Source: Carcharhinus longimanus
Lineage: Eukaryota
Reading direction: 5' to 3'
NCBI GenBank assembly: GCA_030264375.1
Contig: JASCQW010000156.1
Span: forward strand, 26,816,761-26,880,760
Length of the DNA stretch: 64,000 nucleotides
The stretch's first letter is position 1. Every line of letters begins with the position of its first letter. The position numbers were made by a program, and so were the translations under genes. This document shows, piece after piece, positions 50,125-62,305 of this stretch. The notes beneath the pieces were generated by a model. That model worked only from the letters and a program-made list of their open reading frames with translations. It was not told the DNA's origin and ran no database searches.

Positions 50125-50700
50125 TTTTAGGCATTGGGAGCAGAAGTGTGATGTCACGGTTTAGCTTAATCAGATCATGGCGGATCTCTCCCTGGCCTCA
50201 AATCTACCTCTCAACCTGTTCCCCTTATCCCTTTTTTTATTGGAAATATATCTTTCTCCATTCAATGATTCAGACTCCACCGCACTCTGGAGCAGCGCGT
50301 TCCACAAATTCACCATCCTCTGTGAGAAATAGTTCCTCCTCATCTCAGTTTTAAAGCTACCACCTCTCAACCTATACCTGTGACCTCTTGTTCGCGATTG
50401 CCCCAATAAGAGGAAACATTTGATCTACACTTGCTTTATCAATCCCTTTTAAAATTTTACTTCCCTTGATCAGATCCCCCCTCATCCTCCAGTGAGTATA
50501 AGCCCAAACTGTTTAGTCTCTCCCCACGTGTCAACCCTTTCATCCCCGGAATCAATCTGGTGGAACGTCCTCTGAACTGCCTCTGATGCAACTGCATCTT
50601 TCCACATCTTTCTTCAAATAAGGAGACCAAAACTGGATGGACACAATACTCTAGATGTAGTTTCACCAAGACCCTATATAATACCCTTACCTTATTACTC
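50125..50700 (-). mobile_element. CR1 3' fragment
   Basis: LYRVLVKLHLEYCV and TRGHRYRLRGGSFKTEMRRNYFSQRMVNLWNAL motifs. Confidence 0.88.
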
Positions 50701-50734
50701 ATAATTTTGCTCACATATATATATAAAAAAAAAA

Positions 50735-51020
50735 GTTTTGTTTTATTAGTGTCACAGATGCGCTTACATTAACACTGCTATGAAGTTTCTGTGAAAATCC
50801 CCTAGTCGACACACTCCTGCACCTGTTCGGGTACAGAGGGCAAATTTTAGCGTAGCCAATGCATTGTCCCAGCGTGTTTTTTTGAAACCTGGGAGGAAAC
50901 CAAAGTATCCAGCGGAAACCCACACAGGCACTGCGAGAGCGTGCAGACTGTTTGGACGAGCTGGGAATTGAATCGGGTCCCTGGTGCTGTGAGGCAGCAG
51001 CGCTAACCCCTGTGCCACTT
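50735..51020 (-). mobile_element. Diverged V-SINE-type SINE
   Basis: Same head and tail as the 35380 and 45725 copies. Confidence 0.75.
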
Positions 51021-52649
51021 CTTTTTGCATGAAAAACAGCATTCAGGTAAAAGTAAAATATTGCACATGTCGGCAATCTAACAAGCGCTGGGAAAGTTCG
51101 ATCTGGCTCCATCGGTGGAGAGAGAAACATAGTTAACATTTGGAGTCCACTGTGAATCTCCTATGGAACTGCAAGAGTTCCAAAGAAGAGACATATTGGA
51201 TTCAATGTTAACTCTTTGTTTCCCTCTTGGCAAGTCTGGCACACTTCCCATCGCTTTGTTTTCCCACCAGGAACACGCTGTTTTGTAGACAAGAGTCAAT
51301 AAATTTTATATTTGTCCAAATCATCAATGTTGATTGGGGGGGGNNNNNNNNNNNNNNNNNNNNNNNNNNNNNNNNNNNNNNNNNNNNNNNNNNNNNNNNN
51401 NNNNNNNNNNNNNNNNNNNNNNNNNNNNNNNNNNNNNNNNNNNNNNNNNNNNNNNNNNNNNNNNNNNNNNNNNNNNNNNNNNNNNNNNNNNNNNNNNNNN
51501 NNNNNNNNNNNNNNNNNNNNNNNNNNNNNNNNNNNNNNNNNNNNNNNNNNNNNNNNNNNNNNNNNNNNNNNNNNNNNNNNNNNNNNNNNNNNNNNNNNNN
51601 NNNNNNNNNNNNNNNNNNNNNNNNNNNNNNNNNNNNNNNNNNNNNNNNNNNNNNNNNNNNNNNNNNNNNNNNNNNNNNNNNNNNNNNNNNNNNNNNNNNN
51701 NNNNNNNNNNNNNNNNNNNNNNNNNNNNNNNNNNNNNNNNNNNNNNNNNNNNNNNNNNNNNNNNNNNNNNNNNNNNNNNNNNNNNNNNNNNNNNNNNNNN
51801 NNNNNNNNNNNNNNNNNNNNNNNNNNNNNNNNNNNNNNNNNNNNNNNNNNNNNNNNNNNNNNNNNNNNNNNNNNNNNNNNNNNNNNNNNNNNNNNNNTAG
51901 GTTAGATGGGCTTTAGATTGGTTTCACAGGTCAGCGCAACATCGAGGGCCGAAGGGCCTGTACTGCGCTGTAATATCATGTTGTTGCTACACAGTTCCTT
52001 TTGATAATTGAATATACCTAGCACCTGGGCTTCGACAGGATTTTATATTTGTAATAGAGGAAGAAACAAAATAAGTTGCCTTTTCTTTGATATCTTTATC
52101 TTTGCCCAGTTGCTGGGCAATGAAATGTTCGGTGCCTGGGTCCCTCCAGAGTCTCGGATCCCTGGATCTGATCTCTTAAGTCTAAGGGAGCAACTTCCTT
52201 TTTTTTTCTCCAAGGAGCCATGAGGAGAAGTACCTTCTGGTGGCAACACAAAATGACCCAGCAGGGAGGGAATCTGGTTCTGGGGTACTGTTCTATTTTT
52301 AAACTAATATTTTAGTCTGTATAATTGGACAGTACAATTAAACAAAATTGGAACGTCCAAAGTTCACTCTAGTTGAACTTGCTTGTTTGTGATGTTGCAC
52401 TGCTGAGTCTTCGTGACTGGAAGACCAGAAGCTGCAAAAGTAGTAGCGAACTCTTATCCCTCCAAATTTTTCTGCCTTGGGTGTGCTGATTGCCCTCTGT
52501 TAACTCAGCTAATTATGGTTGATGTCTTGATGGTCAATGCCAGGGGGACTTCAAGCTTGATTCTACCTTGTGTACAGACGTGGCAACCCTTACGTGCTTA
52601 TTCGGGAGTGATCTAGGATGGAACGAGAGGTTTTCCTCCTTCTAAATGG

Positions 52650-53135
52650 CACAGAGTTAGAGGGAATGCAGCTTAGGTTTACCAGGCTGATTCCTGGGAT
52701 GGCAGGTCTGTCTTTTAAAAAGAGACTTAAGTCGGTAGGATTGTATTCATTGGAATTTAGAAGAGTGAGTGGAGATCTCATAGAAACTTAAATTCTAACA
52801 GGCTTAGACAGGATAGATTCAGAAAGAATATTCCTGATGGCAGGGGAGACCAGAACTAGGGGTCATAGCTTGAGGATAAGGGGTAAACCTTTTAGGATTG
52901 AGGTGAGGAGAAATGTTTCCACTATCATGGAAAGTAGTTGAGGCCAAAACATTGTCTGATTTCAACAAGAAATTAGACATAGCTCGTGGGGTTAAAGGAA
53001 TCAAGGGATATTGGCGGTGGGGGGTGCGGGGAAGGCAGGATCAGGATATTGAATTGATGATCAGCCATGATCAAACTGAATGGTGGAGTGGGCTTGAAGG
53101 GCCAAGTGGTCTACTCATGCTTGTAGTTTCTGTGT
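52650..53135 (+). mobile_element. CR1 3' fragment
   Basis: AGGTTTACCAGGCTGATTCCTGGGATG..AGAACTAGGGGTCATAG and KVVEAKTL motifs. Confidence 0.85.
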
Positions 53136-54902
53136 TACTTTTTTGGAATATTAGGGTGCCTATAAAATCATCGACACATGAAGGCTCTCTTGTGAAGTGA
53201 ATAACACACAGTATACGCCACTGCAGATTTGAATACATCTGTGTAGCAGTGACCTTCAACATTGTTTTTTGTATGCTTGTGATAATTCTGTAAAAGTGCA
53301 ACAATTGGCAGCTCTTATTGTTTAAAGTTGCCTATGTTGTGAATGTAGATTCTTTTTTGTAAATTGTATTCAGGGCATTCTACTTTCAAATCTTGCATTC
53401 CAATTTGGGAACTAATAATTGCACTTTCCCTCTTAATACTTTAGCCTCATAGAGCCACACACACTACTTCACAAAAGTCACTTGGTTATTTTGTATATTG
53501 TTTTATGTAATTTCAAATGAGTTATAGGGTAGGAATAAGCATTTAGCTAGGAATCTTTATAGCTTTTTAGGGTGAGATTGATTGATTGATTCAAAGGTGA
53601 CCTCCCTGTAAATGGAGGGAAGAGTCTCTCCTGAGTCCCAAGAGAGGGTGGCCAACACAGTCCGAAAAGCCTCATGTTTTTGGTGTTGGCCTGAATGGTT
53701 GATCTGAGGTGTATCTTTGGAGCATTCTTTGCATTGCAGGCTGCCAGTCTGTTGCATTTTATGGGGCATATCACAGCAGAGCCTTGGTTGTGTGTGTCCA
53801 TCCTGGAGATGGCAAAAATAGACTGGATGAATGACCCAACCTTCCAACTTCAAGTAGGTCAAGGAAACTGGCACTCTGAGGCTTGTGCAAGAAGATGTAT
53901 CATCCAGTGATCACTCGTAGGAAACATAAGAAATAAAGTATATTTGAGGCAATATGCCAAGATGCATGGGATCATCTCCTGCAGGCCCCGCTACCAGGCA
54001 TCGTGCCAAGCCTCCATACCCAGAGACCAGCTCCACCCATTGTCTCAACCCAGTGTCTGAAAAATCAGCTCCCAGCTCAAAAGCTCTCAATCTACCCTGA
54101 CGCTAAGCATCTGTCACTAATGTGGAGAATGGTATATGATCATCCATCAGCAAGTGTGTTTTAGTAGCCTAGAATAAGGCATATGCACAAATCAGTAACA
54201 ACACTTGGTAGCAAGGTGGAGTAGTTTAATATGGCAAAGGATAAACCAAATTGAAAGAAAACAGTTTTTCAATATTAATGTTTCTTACTTCTCTCAGGAT
54301 GAAGCCTGCATTGCCATTCACTAATGATGAATGTGGCATTCCATCCTGTTACAATATGTTGTAAAGTAACTTCAGTACAGATTCTAGAAATCTGAACTAA
54401 AAGCAAAACTCGGTTTTGCATTGCGTTGGACTTGCACTTTTAATGTAGTTGCAATTTGCCAACACATTCCCCTCTGTTTTTGCAAGAAGTGTCATTTTAA
54501 CATAGGAGTTTTCTGTATGAAATAGGCCACAGATGCACTAAATCTGCCTTGGCCCATCTAATAACTGGTCTCAGGAGATTTCAGAACCAACAGGAAATAG
54601 GCCCATTAAAGTAGTTACGTGATCTCTGGCAGCGAGGGCCAGCTGAATGGATCATACAATGCAGGGAAATGGCAGCACTTGGCAACATCATTAAAAATAG
54701 GCTTCATATGCAGCTTATGAGCCCCTCTTCACAGTGCCATTTTGTGTTCTGATCATCTACAGCGCAAATGGATGCCTTGTAAGATGTGCCTTTGTGCTTT
54801 TAGTCTGAGAGAGCTAGCCCGATCAACAGGAGCACTGACTCATGGAAGATTTTCATTACTGTTTTGATGCAGATGCTGAAAATAAACCTACAGAAGTGGG
54901 TT

Positions 54903-55899
54903 GATCCATATTTAGATTTTTTTTAAACAGGGCTGTTTTTGGAAGGTGTTTTTTGTTTTTTTTTTAAATGAGCATGTCTCAAAGGTTTTGACGTGCAGAT
55001 GAAATCAAGCTAAAGACTTGTGGGAAGTTCTGCTGTGCCAATTTCTAGTGCAAATCTACTACAATTCTACAAACTAAACGTTCTTTTTGATCCTGAAACG
55101 TGGTGGGTTTGTCCATTGGCTTTGGCACACGGAAGATTGGCATGCCAATTTATCTCAAATTGCAGCAACCAAATCATGTAACTTGCCAAAAATGGCATTT
55201 AAAAAGCTGTAAGTATGTAAACAGGAACACTGCTGGAAACATGGTAGTCAGTCAATATCAGTAGTTACCACTTCAGGACAAAACCTTGTTTCAGATTTCA
55301 GCCGCATAGGTTTCTTCTGTGCAATAGCTGGAACATAAAACAAAATGCTGGAATAACTGCAGATCTGGCAGCATATGTGGAGCGAGAGAAGCAGAAGCAG
55401 GGGAGGTGATGACTGAGTGGTATTATCGCTAGACTATTAATCCAGAAACTCAGCTGATGATCTGGGGACCCGGGTTTGATTGCCGCCACAGCAGATAGTG
55501 GAATTTGAATTCAATAAAAGTATCTGGAATTGACAATGAAACCATTGTCAATTGTCAGAAAAGCCCATCTGGTTGAGTAATGTCCTCTTAGGGAGGGAAA
55601 TCTGCCATCCTTATCCGTCTGGCCTACATGATCCATATTTAGATTTTTTTTAACAGGGCTGTTTTTGGAAGATTTTTTTTAAATGAGCATGTCAGAGTTT
55701 TTGACGTGCAGATGAAGTCATAAGCTAAAGATCCTGATGTGCTAGTTTCTAGGACAAATCTATTGCAATTCTACGAACTAAACGTTTTTTTGATCCTGAA
55801 ACGTGGTGGGTTTGTCCGTTGGCTTTGGCACACAGAAGATTGGCATGCCAATTTAGCTCAAATAGCAGCAACCAAATAGTGTAACTTGCCAAAAGTGGC
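54903..55899 (+). repeat. Local ~270-295-bp duplication (54903-55197 copied to 55630-55899 inside a SINE at 55401-55995)
   Basis: GATCCATATTTAGATTTTTTT..ACAGGGCTGTTTTTGGAAG..GATCCTGAAACGTGGTGGGTTTGTCC..TGTAACTTGCCAAAA is present twice. Confidence 0.92.
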
Positions 55900-56583
55900 C
55901 ACAGCAATGTGGTTGGCTCTCAACTGGCTTCCAAGGGCAACCTAGGGGTGGGCAATAAATGCTGGACAGCCAGCGATGCCCACGAATGAACTAAAAGAAT
56001 TAATGTTTTTAGTCTCTGACTTTTCATCAGGGCTCTGTATCTTTCTCCAAAGCCTTGCTGAAAGATTCTAACATTTTCTGTTTTTATTTTTGATTTCCAA
56101 GATCAGGTGGTAGTTTGCCTTTGTACTAGCAATACTGAGTGGAAGGAGGCCTGTGTGGAACGCAAGTACCAGAATAGACCAGTTGGATTGAATGGCCTGT
56201 TTCTGTACTGAAAATTCTATATGTAATTCCATATCCTTCAAGCATTCTGTTGTTTTTGTTGGTTTGGTTTTGCATTTCTGAGAGTAGGGGAGATGGACTG
56301 AGCAATTTTGTTACTAAAATTACCCTTGTTAAAGTTTTTAGGTCTAACAGTGCTGATATAAATGGACTGAGAAACTACATGCTTGTTCTGATGTCTCCCC
56401 CAACCCACCCCACAGGCTGTATTTTAATCTTAAAACCCATCACCTTGGATCTCTAGATGAAAGAAGATGGTGTATGACAGTTGTCTCCTGTTTTTTTTTT
56501 TTCCCCCTTACAATTTACTACTGTGACTGGTATTTATAATCCCTTGTGCTCCTGAATATTTCTCTCTCAATGCTTTCCCACAG

Positions 56584-56677
56584 AAACTGGAAGGATCTAA
56601 GTGCAAAGGTCAGCTTCTTATCTGTGGAGCCACAAACTGGGATCTGATTGGCCGCAAAGAAGTTCCCAAGCAACAAG
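56584..56677 (+). CDS. RCC2: RCC2 coding exon 2, KLEGSKCKGQLLICGATNWDLIGRKEVPKQQ
   Basis: Acceptor ttcccacAG, 94 nt, donor G|GTAGGA. The peptide is nearly identical to known vertebrate RCC2 (KLEGSKCKGQLLIFGATNWDLIGRKEVPKQQ) and in frame with the previous exon. Confidence 0.97.
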
Positions 56678-57349
56678 GTAGGACAGTACACTTTGGAATG
56701 TGAAGCTGTCTTTTTGGCATGTCTGAACACACAAGGCAAGAAATGGAGTTAACTTGCGCCCGTGTTGTGAGCCTTTAGAATTCACGTGCACATGGGGGTG
56801 AGAGTAAGACAGGCTGCTGGAAGAGGGAGAAGAAGGGATTCTCAGCAACAGATCAAAATATCAATAGATGAAATGCTTGAACCTCAAGAATATTCTTGCT
56901 GGTATGTGCCACCACATTTCGTTCTCTTGCCAAAGAGAAGCGGTTGGAGCAAGCATCCTGGTTTGTTAGGGGTGTAAGAGTGTTGATGCCACATGTAACT
57001 TGCAGACATCATAGATTACCTCTGCCCTGTTTTGGAACTGAAATGTATTCCTCTCTCTGGGGGTTCAGTTGGCAGTGAATCATATAGGTTATGCCAGGTA
57101 TCTGGGCAGCAGTCTTGAATCCTTTCTGTAGCTACCTGCTATTAATGCCAAAACCAAGTTGCTACTGGGTGATGAGGATCTGGCTGTGCAATGAAAGACC
57201 AGATCATTGGATTGCTGAAACACTGCTACCTTTGCCTGGACCATTCTAGAAGAGCCCCCCTGGTAGATATTGCCCAACCTTGTTACCATGAGATGACCAT
57301 TCTTGTAGTGGATATATACAGCGAGTAGCTGGGGAAAGTCTTTAAAGTA

Positions 57350-57615
57350 TTTTAGTGTCACAGGTAGGCTTACCTCAGTACTGCAATGAAGTTGCTGTGA
57401 AAACCCCCTTGTTGCCACACTCTGACACCTGTTCGGGTACACAGAATTTAGCATGGCCAATGCACCTAACTAGCACGTCCCTCCAACTGTGGGAGGAAGT
57501 CGGGACATCCGGAGGAAACCCACGCAGACACGGGAGAACGCGTGGACTCTGCACAGACAGTGACCCAAGCTGGGGACCGAACCAGAATCCTTGGTGCTGC
57601 AAGACACTAACCATT
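57350..57615 (-). mobile_element. V-SINE-type SINE
   Basis: Core GGAGGAAACCCACGCAGACACGGGAGAACG..ACAGACAGTGACCCAAG. Confidence 0.8.
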
Positions 57616-58049
57616 GAGCCCACGAACTCCATTGAGGAAAGAGAGAGGCAACCAGCACACCATCTTTTTGCCTAGGCTGTGAAGAACTTTTCCCGAATGC
57701 AATATTAGCAACTGCAACCCCAATTTCACCATTAACAAACTGTTCTGCACCTTTCCTTCATCACTATCACTGCACCCGACAACCATGCAAAAATCAAAGC
57801 CTAAAATAAACATTCCAGACTGAATTTATGATTGAAATATTACCAAAATGCATACAAAAGTTAATAATTGCCCTTGTGCATTCTCTTCATGCCTGTATCA
57901 TTTGTTCCTTTACCTGCCCTGGTGCTCCTCTGTAGTTCAACCCCACTGACTGCAGCATGGGTAGTGGAAGGTTGCTGATTTTTGTGGAAGAGGTTGCAGG
58001 TGACTGGAGGGAAATCTGAAATGCCTGGCTTAGGACTGCACCACTTCTA

Positions 58050-59700
58050 TATAGGCAGCGGCTGCCTGGGTTGGCTAATAAGCAATGGTGAGAGTAAATC
58101 CATCATCCTTGGGTGCCATCTCAGCTATCTGAATTAACCTGTTGGAGGACAGATGTGACTCTTTGCAGACTAATCCACAACCATGATGGCAGCAAGCTGT
58201 CCCTTGAAAGACACCAATCTTTGGATAAGATATGAGGATACTGTCATTATCAGTGATTTCATCCCCGTCATTTGGCTGCAGCCTCAGCAATGGCCATACC
58301 AATAAAAGCCAGTGTTTCTACTGCATGACAGCTCAGACGTGCAGGTTCACCTCCAACTTCTTGCTGCTACTTCTGGCTGTGTATAACTTTCTCTTCAGAG
58401 AGGGAAGTGTGCCACTGGATGTTTTGGAATCTGTTTACCTGATAGGACTGTCATGCTTGAATAACCAGCAGTGTGTGCAACAGTGAGGATATGGGTGTGA
58501 CACTTCCAGTAATAATCAAGTGTATGAACGTTACTGAGCAACATGGCAGTCGGTAAAAACAAGAGGCTGACCAAAGGAGGCAAAAAAGGGCCCAAGAAGA
58601 TGTGGACCCCTCTCCAAGAAGGAGTGGGATGATGTTAAGGCTCCAGGGATGTTTAACATTAGAAACCTGGGCAAAACCTTGGTTACCAGGACACAAGGAA
58701 CTAAGATCACATCAGAAGGCTTGAAAGACCATGTATTTGAGGTGAGTCTTGCTGATTTGCAGAATGATGAAAGTGGCCTTTTGCAAATTTAAACTGATTG
58801 TGGAGGACATTCAGAGCAAAAACTGACCAACTTTTTATGGCATGGACTTAACACGTAATAAGATGTGCTCTGTGGTTAAAAAATGGCAGACCATGATTGA
58901 AACCCATATTGATGTCAAAACCACAGATGGATACTTGCTGCACCTCTTGTGTAGGATTCACAAAGAAGCACACCAACCAGATTCGTAAACTTCATACACG
59001 CAACACCAGGTCCGCATGATCCACAAGAAGATGGTGGAGATCATGACTCGCAAAGTGCAAACCAATGATCTCAAGGGGATTGTCAACAAGTTGATCCCTG
59101 GCAGCATTGGTAAGGACATTGAGAAAGCTTGCCAGTCATTTACCCTCTCCATGATGTCTGTTCAAAAAGTCAGAATGTTAAAGAAACCCAAGTTTGAATT
59201 GAGGAAACTGATGGAACTGCACAGTGAAGGAGGAAGTGGCTTAAGCAAACCACCAGGTGAAGAAACTGGTGCTGAAGTAGATTGAGCTGATGGATATGAA
59301 CATCCTGTCCAGGAAACTGTCGAAATATGTATAATAAAACACCTCTTTTCTATGAAAAAAAGTGTTACATATGAGCCCTGATTTGATAGTTCAGAGGTGC
59401 CCGAGGTCAGTAGTGCAGTTGATAGGCTATGGCATTTGAAGTTGAATCCACTGATCTTAACTACTGAGTCATTTGGACTGTTTGTGGTACCACACCCAAG
59501 TCCTCGGCCAGGCTTCTGGCATAAACCTCCATGGCAATTTTGAGTGTTCTGAGCATGTGTTGAGGGCCCCCTGGACCTGTGGATACAGGACATGTCCTCT
59601 TCTTCCCATCTCCTCAACTAGGACTGCTTGTTCAGCATCCAGAAACCTTGGGAGCTATGCTGTGACGTTTTTCAATGTTTCCTGGGTAACTGTCTGCACC
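58050..59700 (-). mobile_element. Highly decayed Harbinger transposase remnant, split by the RPS3A retrocopy
   Basis: Minus-strand fragments VVKISGFNF, CHTHILTV..(fs)HDS, WLL..G and IGVF..CC echo the Harbinger DDE motifs VKVTxALNF, HDS, WLLGD and IGLLKxRFRC. Confidence 0.35.
58534..59361 (+). pseudogene. RPS3A: Processed (intronless) pseudogene of 40S ribosomal protein S3a (eS1) within an RCC2 intron
   Basis: ATG at 58543 gives [16 protein letters not shown]. Later blocks: [121 protein letters not shown]. No introns, many frameshifts, AATAAA 59333-59338, short A-run 59355-59361. Confidence 0.95.
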
Positions 59701-60404
59701 TGCTTCAAACACCAATGCTAGTTTTAGGTGGTGCTAGCTACTCATGCTATTGGCCCCCTGTTGATTATAGGCAGCCTGTCAATAGTGTGGCTGCTGCTGG
59801 CTTGAGGCTGAAATCATTTGAAGTGAGCAGGCAGCAAGACATCGATCGTGATGGAACGTCAGTGGGCACAGGCTAATTGCATATTGTGATCCCTCTGCCG
59901 TTTACAGGGCTGTTGAAGTTGGCCCCCATATGCCTCAAATTGTTCCTACTTGCACTTAAGTTCTAACTGTTAATGATACAAGCCTCCAATAACTACTGAA
60001 TTTTAGAGCTGAGACTTCTATAAGAATCCATTTCATTAAATTGCTTAATTTGAATTGCGTCTGTATACTTATCAGTGATTTTTGGAGTTAAATATTACAA
60101 ATTATCAAATAGACTTATGTAGTGGTGGACTTCTGTTGACTGTTTTTATTAGATAACCATTTTATTTACGGTATGTACATTGATTCTCAATCAGTAGTAA
60201 TATGGTAGATTTTTATTTTGAGGTGCAACTTTGGTGACCACATGTTTACCCAAGTCTGTTAATTATTGTAATCACAGAGCCAGCAATTTTCTGTTTGTGA
60301 TGGAAAAGTGAACAAAATGTCAGACAGGCAATTATGTTGTGTTGTGTTTTTATTTTAATGTGTTTGGCAATAGCTTGTAGCTAAGCTCGCTTTAATTGTT
60401 TCAG

Positions 60405-60548
60405 CTGCATATCGAAACCTGGGGCAGAATCTGTGGGGTCCAAATCGTTATGGATGTCTCTCAGGAATACGGGTACGGACGGTGTCATCAGGATCATGTG
60501 CTGCTCACAATCTCATCATTACAACAGAAGGGAAGATTTGGAGCTGGG
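60405..60548 (+). CDS. RCC2: RCC2 coding exon 3, AAYRNLGQNLWGPNRYGCLSGIRVRTVSSGSCAAHNLIITTEGKIWSWG
   Basis: Acceptor tgtttcAG, 144 nt, phase 1-1, donor G|GTGAGT. RCC1-repeat sequence matching RCC2. Confidence 0.97.
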
Positions 60549-60949
60549 GTGAGTAGCCAGATGTAGAATGAGAGAGATTTTATAAGAGCAGTGTAGCTGG
60601 ATTGAGCTTCTATCTTTTAGCACTTGAATCAGCTGCCAGCAACTGACTGACACAAATTTACTTATCAAGTTTGCATTCAAATGCACTTGTAGCATTTAAC
60701 TACCTCTTTAAAAGCTGAAAATGACTTATCCTGAAAGACTCAACTTCTTATTTGGAAGAAGTTGAATTCTTCATTCCTCCATCTTGCTGTTCAACCTGGC
60801 ATGTGTGGAATTTGCAGCACTGAAATGGATTGTTTGACCCAAATGGTCCATACTTGTATTTGTACTCGTCATGAGCCTCCTCCCAGCTCTTTTCATCTAG
60901 CCCTGAGAGCATGGCCCTCTACTCTTCTTTCTTATGCTTTCTAGTGATT

Positions 60950-61215
60950 GCACTAGGAAAAGTGCAGGCGAGATTCACAAGATGTTGCCTGGGCAGGAAC
61001 CTTTCAGCTATGAAGAGAGGCTGGTTAGACTGATGTTGTTTTNNNNNNNNNNNNNNNNNNNNNNNNNNNNNNNNNNNNNNNNNNNNNNNNNNNNNNNNNN
61101 NNNNNNNNNNNNNNNNNNNNNNNNNNNNNNNNNNNNNNNNNNCTTATTGAATGGCGGGGCAGGCTCGAAGGGCTGGATGGCCTACTCCTGCTCCTATTTC
61201 TTATGTTCTTATGTT
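60950..61215 (+). mobile_element. CR1 pieces either side of a gap
   Basis: FSYEERLVRL and tail GGCCTACTCCTGCTCCTATTTCTTATGTTCTTATG. Confidence 0.75.
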
Positions 61216-61754
61216 AATACAGCTCCTTTGCAAAAAAAAACTCTTACGAGTGTGGGCTCCAGACAGCACAAACCTCCAAGCCAATTGAATAAGAACATCC
61301 AGTTTCCCGATAAAGGACAGTTTTCCGATCAGGAGTTGCTAGGAGACAGTGGAAAAGAACTTTTGAACGCCACAGGCTACATATTCTCATGCTGCCAGAG
61401 AGTAAAATGCTATTGGCCAAGGTAAATGATCCATATTAATAATGATTGGCTTGTGTCGGGCTGGGAGAGCAGAGTGAGCGGGCAAATCATTTTTGAAAGT
61501 TATTTAATTGTGATATTGGAAGCAATGCAATTTTGAATAGTCTGGGCTTCGCCAAATTATTCTCCTATGGGTGTGGATGAGGCCAGGCCAATAAAGTACA
61601 CCTTCAACCAGAATTACAAACTCCGTGAGTTCTTCGTAGCAGTTGAGTTTTAAATCAGTGAAAGCCAGCATAATGCTTTCTGAAACACTGCTCCGTCCGT
61701 GAAGTTTGCTTTAAAGAAATCCACATTTGAAAGCCCAGCCTCTACATGAAATAT

Positions 61755-62305
61755 CATAGAAAAGTAGAAAAACTACACAATACAGGCCCTTTGGCCCACA
61801 AAGTTGTGCCGAACATGTCCCGACCTTAGAGATTACTAGGCTTACCTATAACCCTCTATTTTACTCAGTTCCATGTATTTATCTATAGGGTATATCCTTA
61901 TAAGACCCTATTGAATCCACCTCCACCACCGTTGCCCATTCCACGCTCCCACCACTCTCTGAGTGAAAAACTTACCCCAACATCTCTGTATCTACTCCTC
62001 AGCACCTTAAACCTGTGTCCTCTTGTGGCAACCATTTCAGCCCTGGGAAAAAGCCACTCAATCAATACCTCTCAACATCCTATAAACCTCTATCAGGTCA
62101 CCTCTCAACCTTCGTCTCTCCAAGGAGAAAAGGCCGAGCTCCCTCAACCTATCTTCATAAGGCATGCCTCCCAATCCAGGCAACATCCTTGTAAATCTCC
62201 TCTGCACCCTTTCAATAGCTTCCACATCCTTCCTGTAACGAGGTGACCAGAACTGCGCACAGTACTCCAAGTGGGGTCTGACCAGGGTTTTATAAAGCTG
62301 CAGTT
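61755..62305 (-). mobile_element. CR1 3' fragment (well preserved)
   Basis: [60 protein letters not shown]. Confidence 0.92.

Noticed and set aside
54323-54395. Box C (ATGATGA) and box D (CTGA) spaced like a C/D snoRNA
   Set aside because: No convincing terminal stem, internal C'/D' boxes, or recognisable rRNA/snRNA antisense element.
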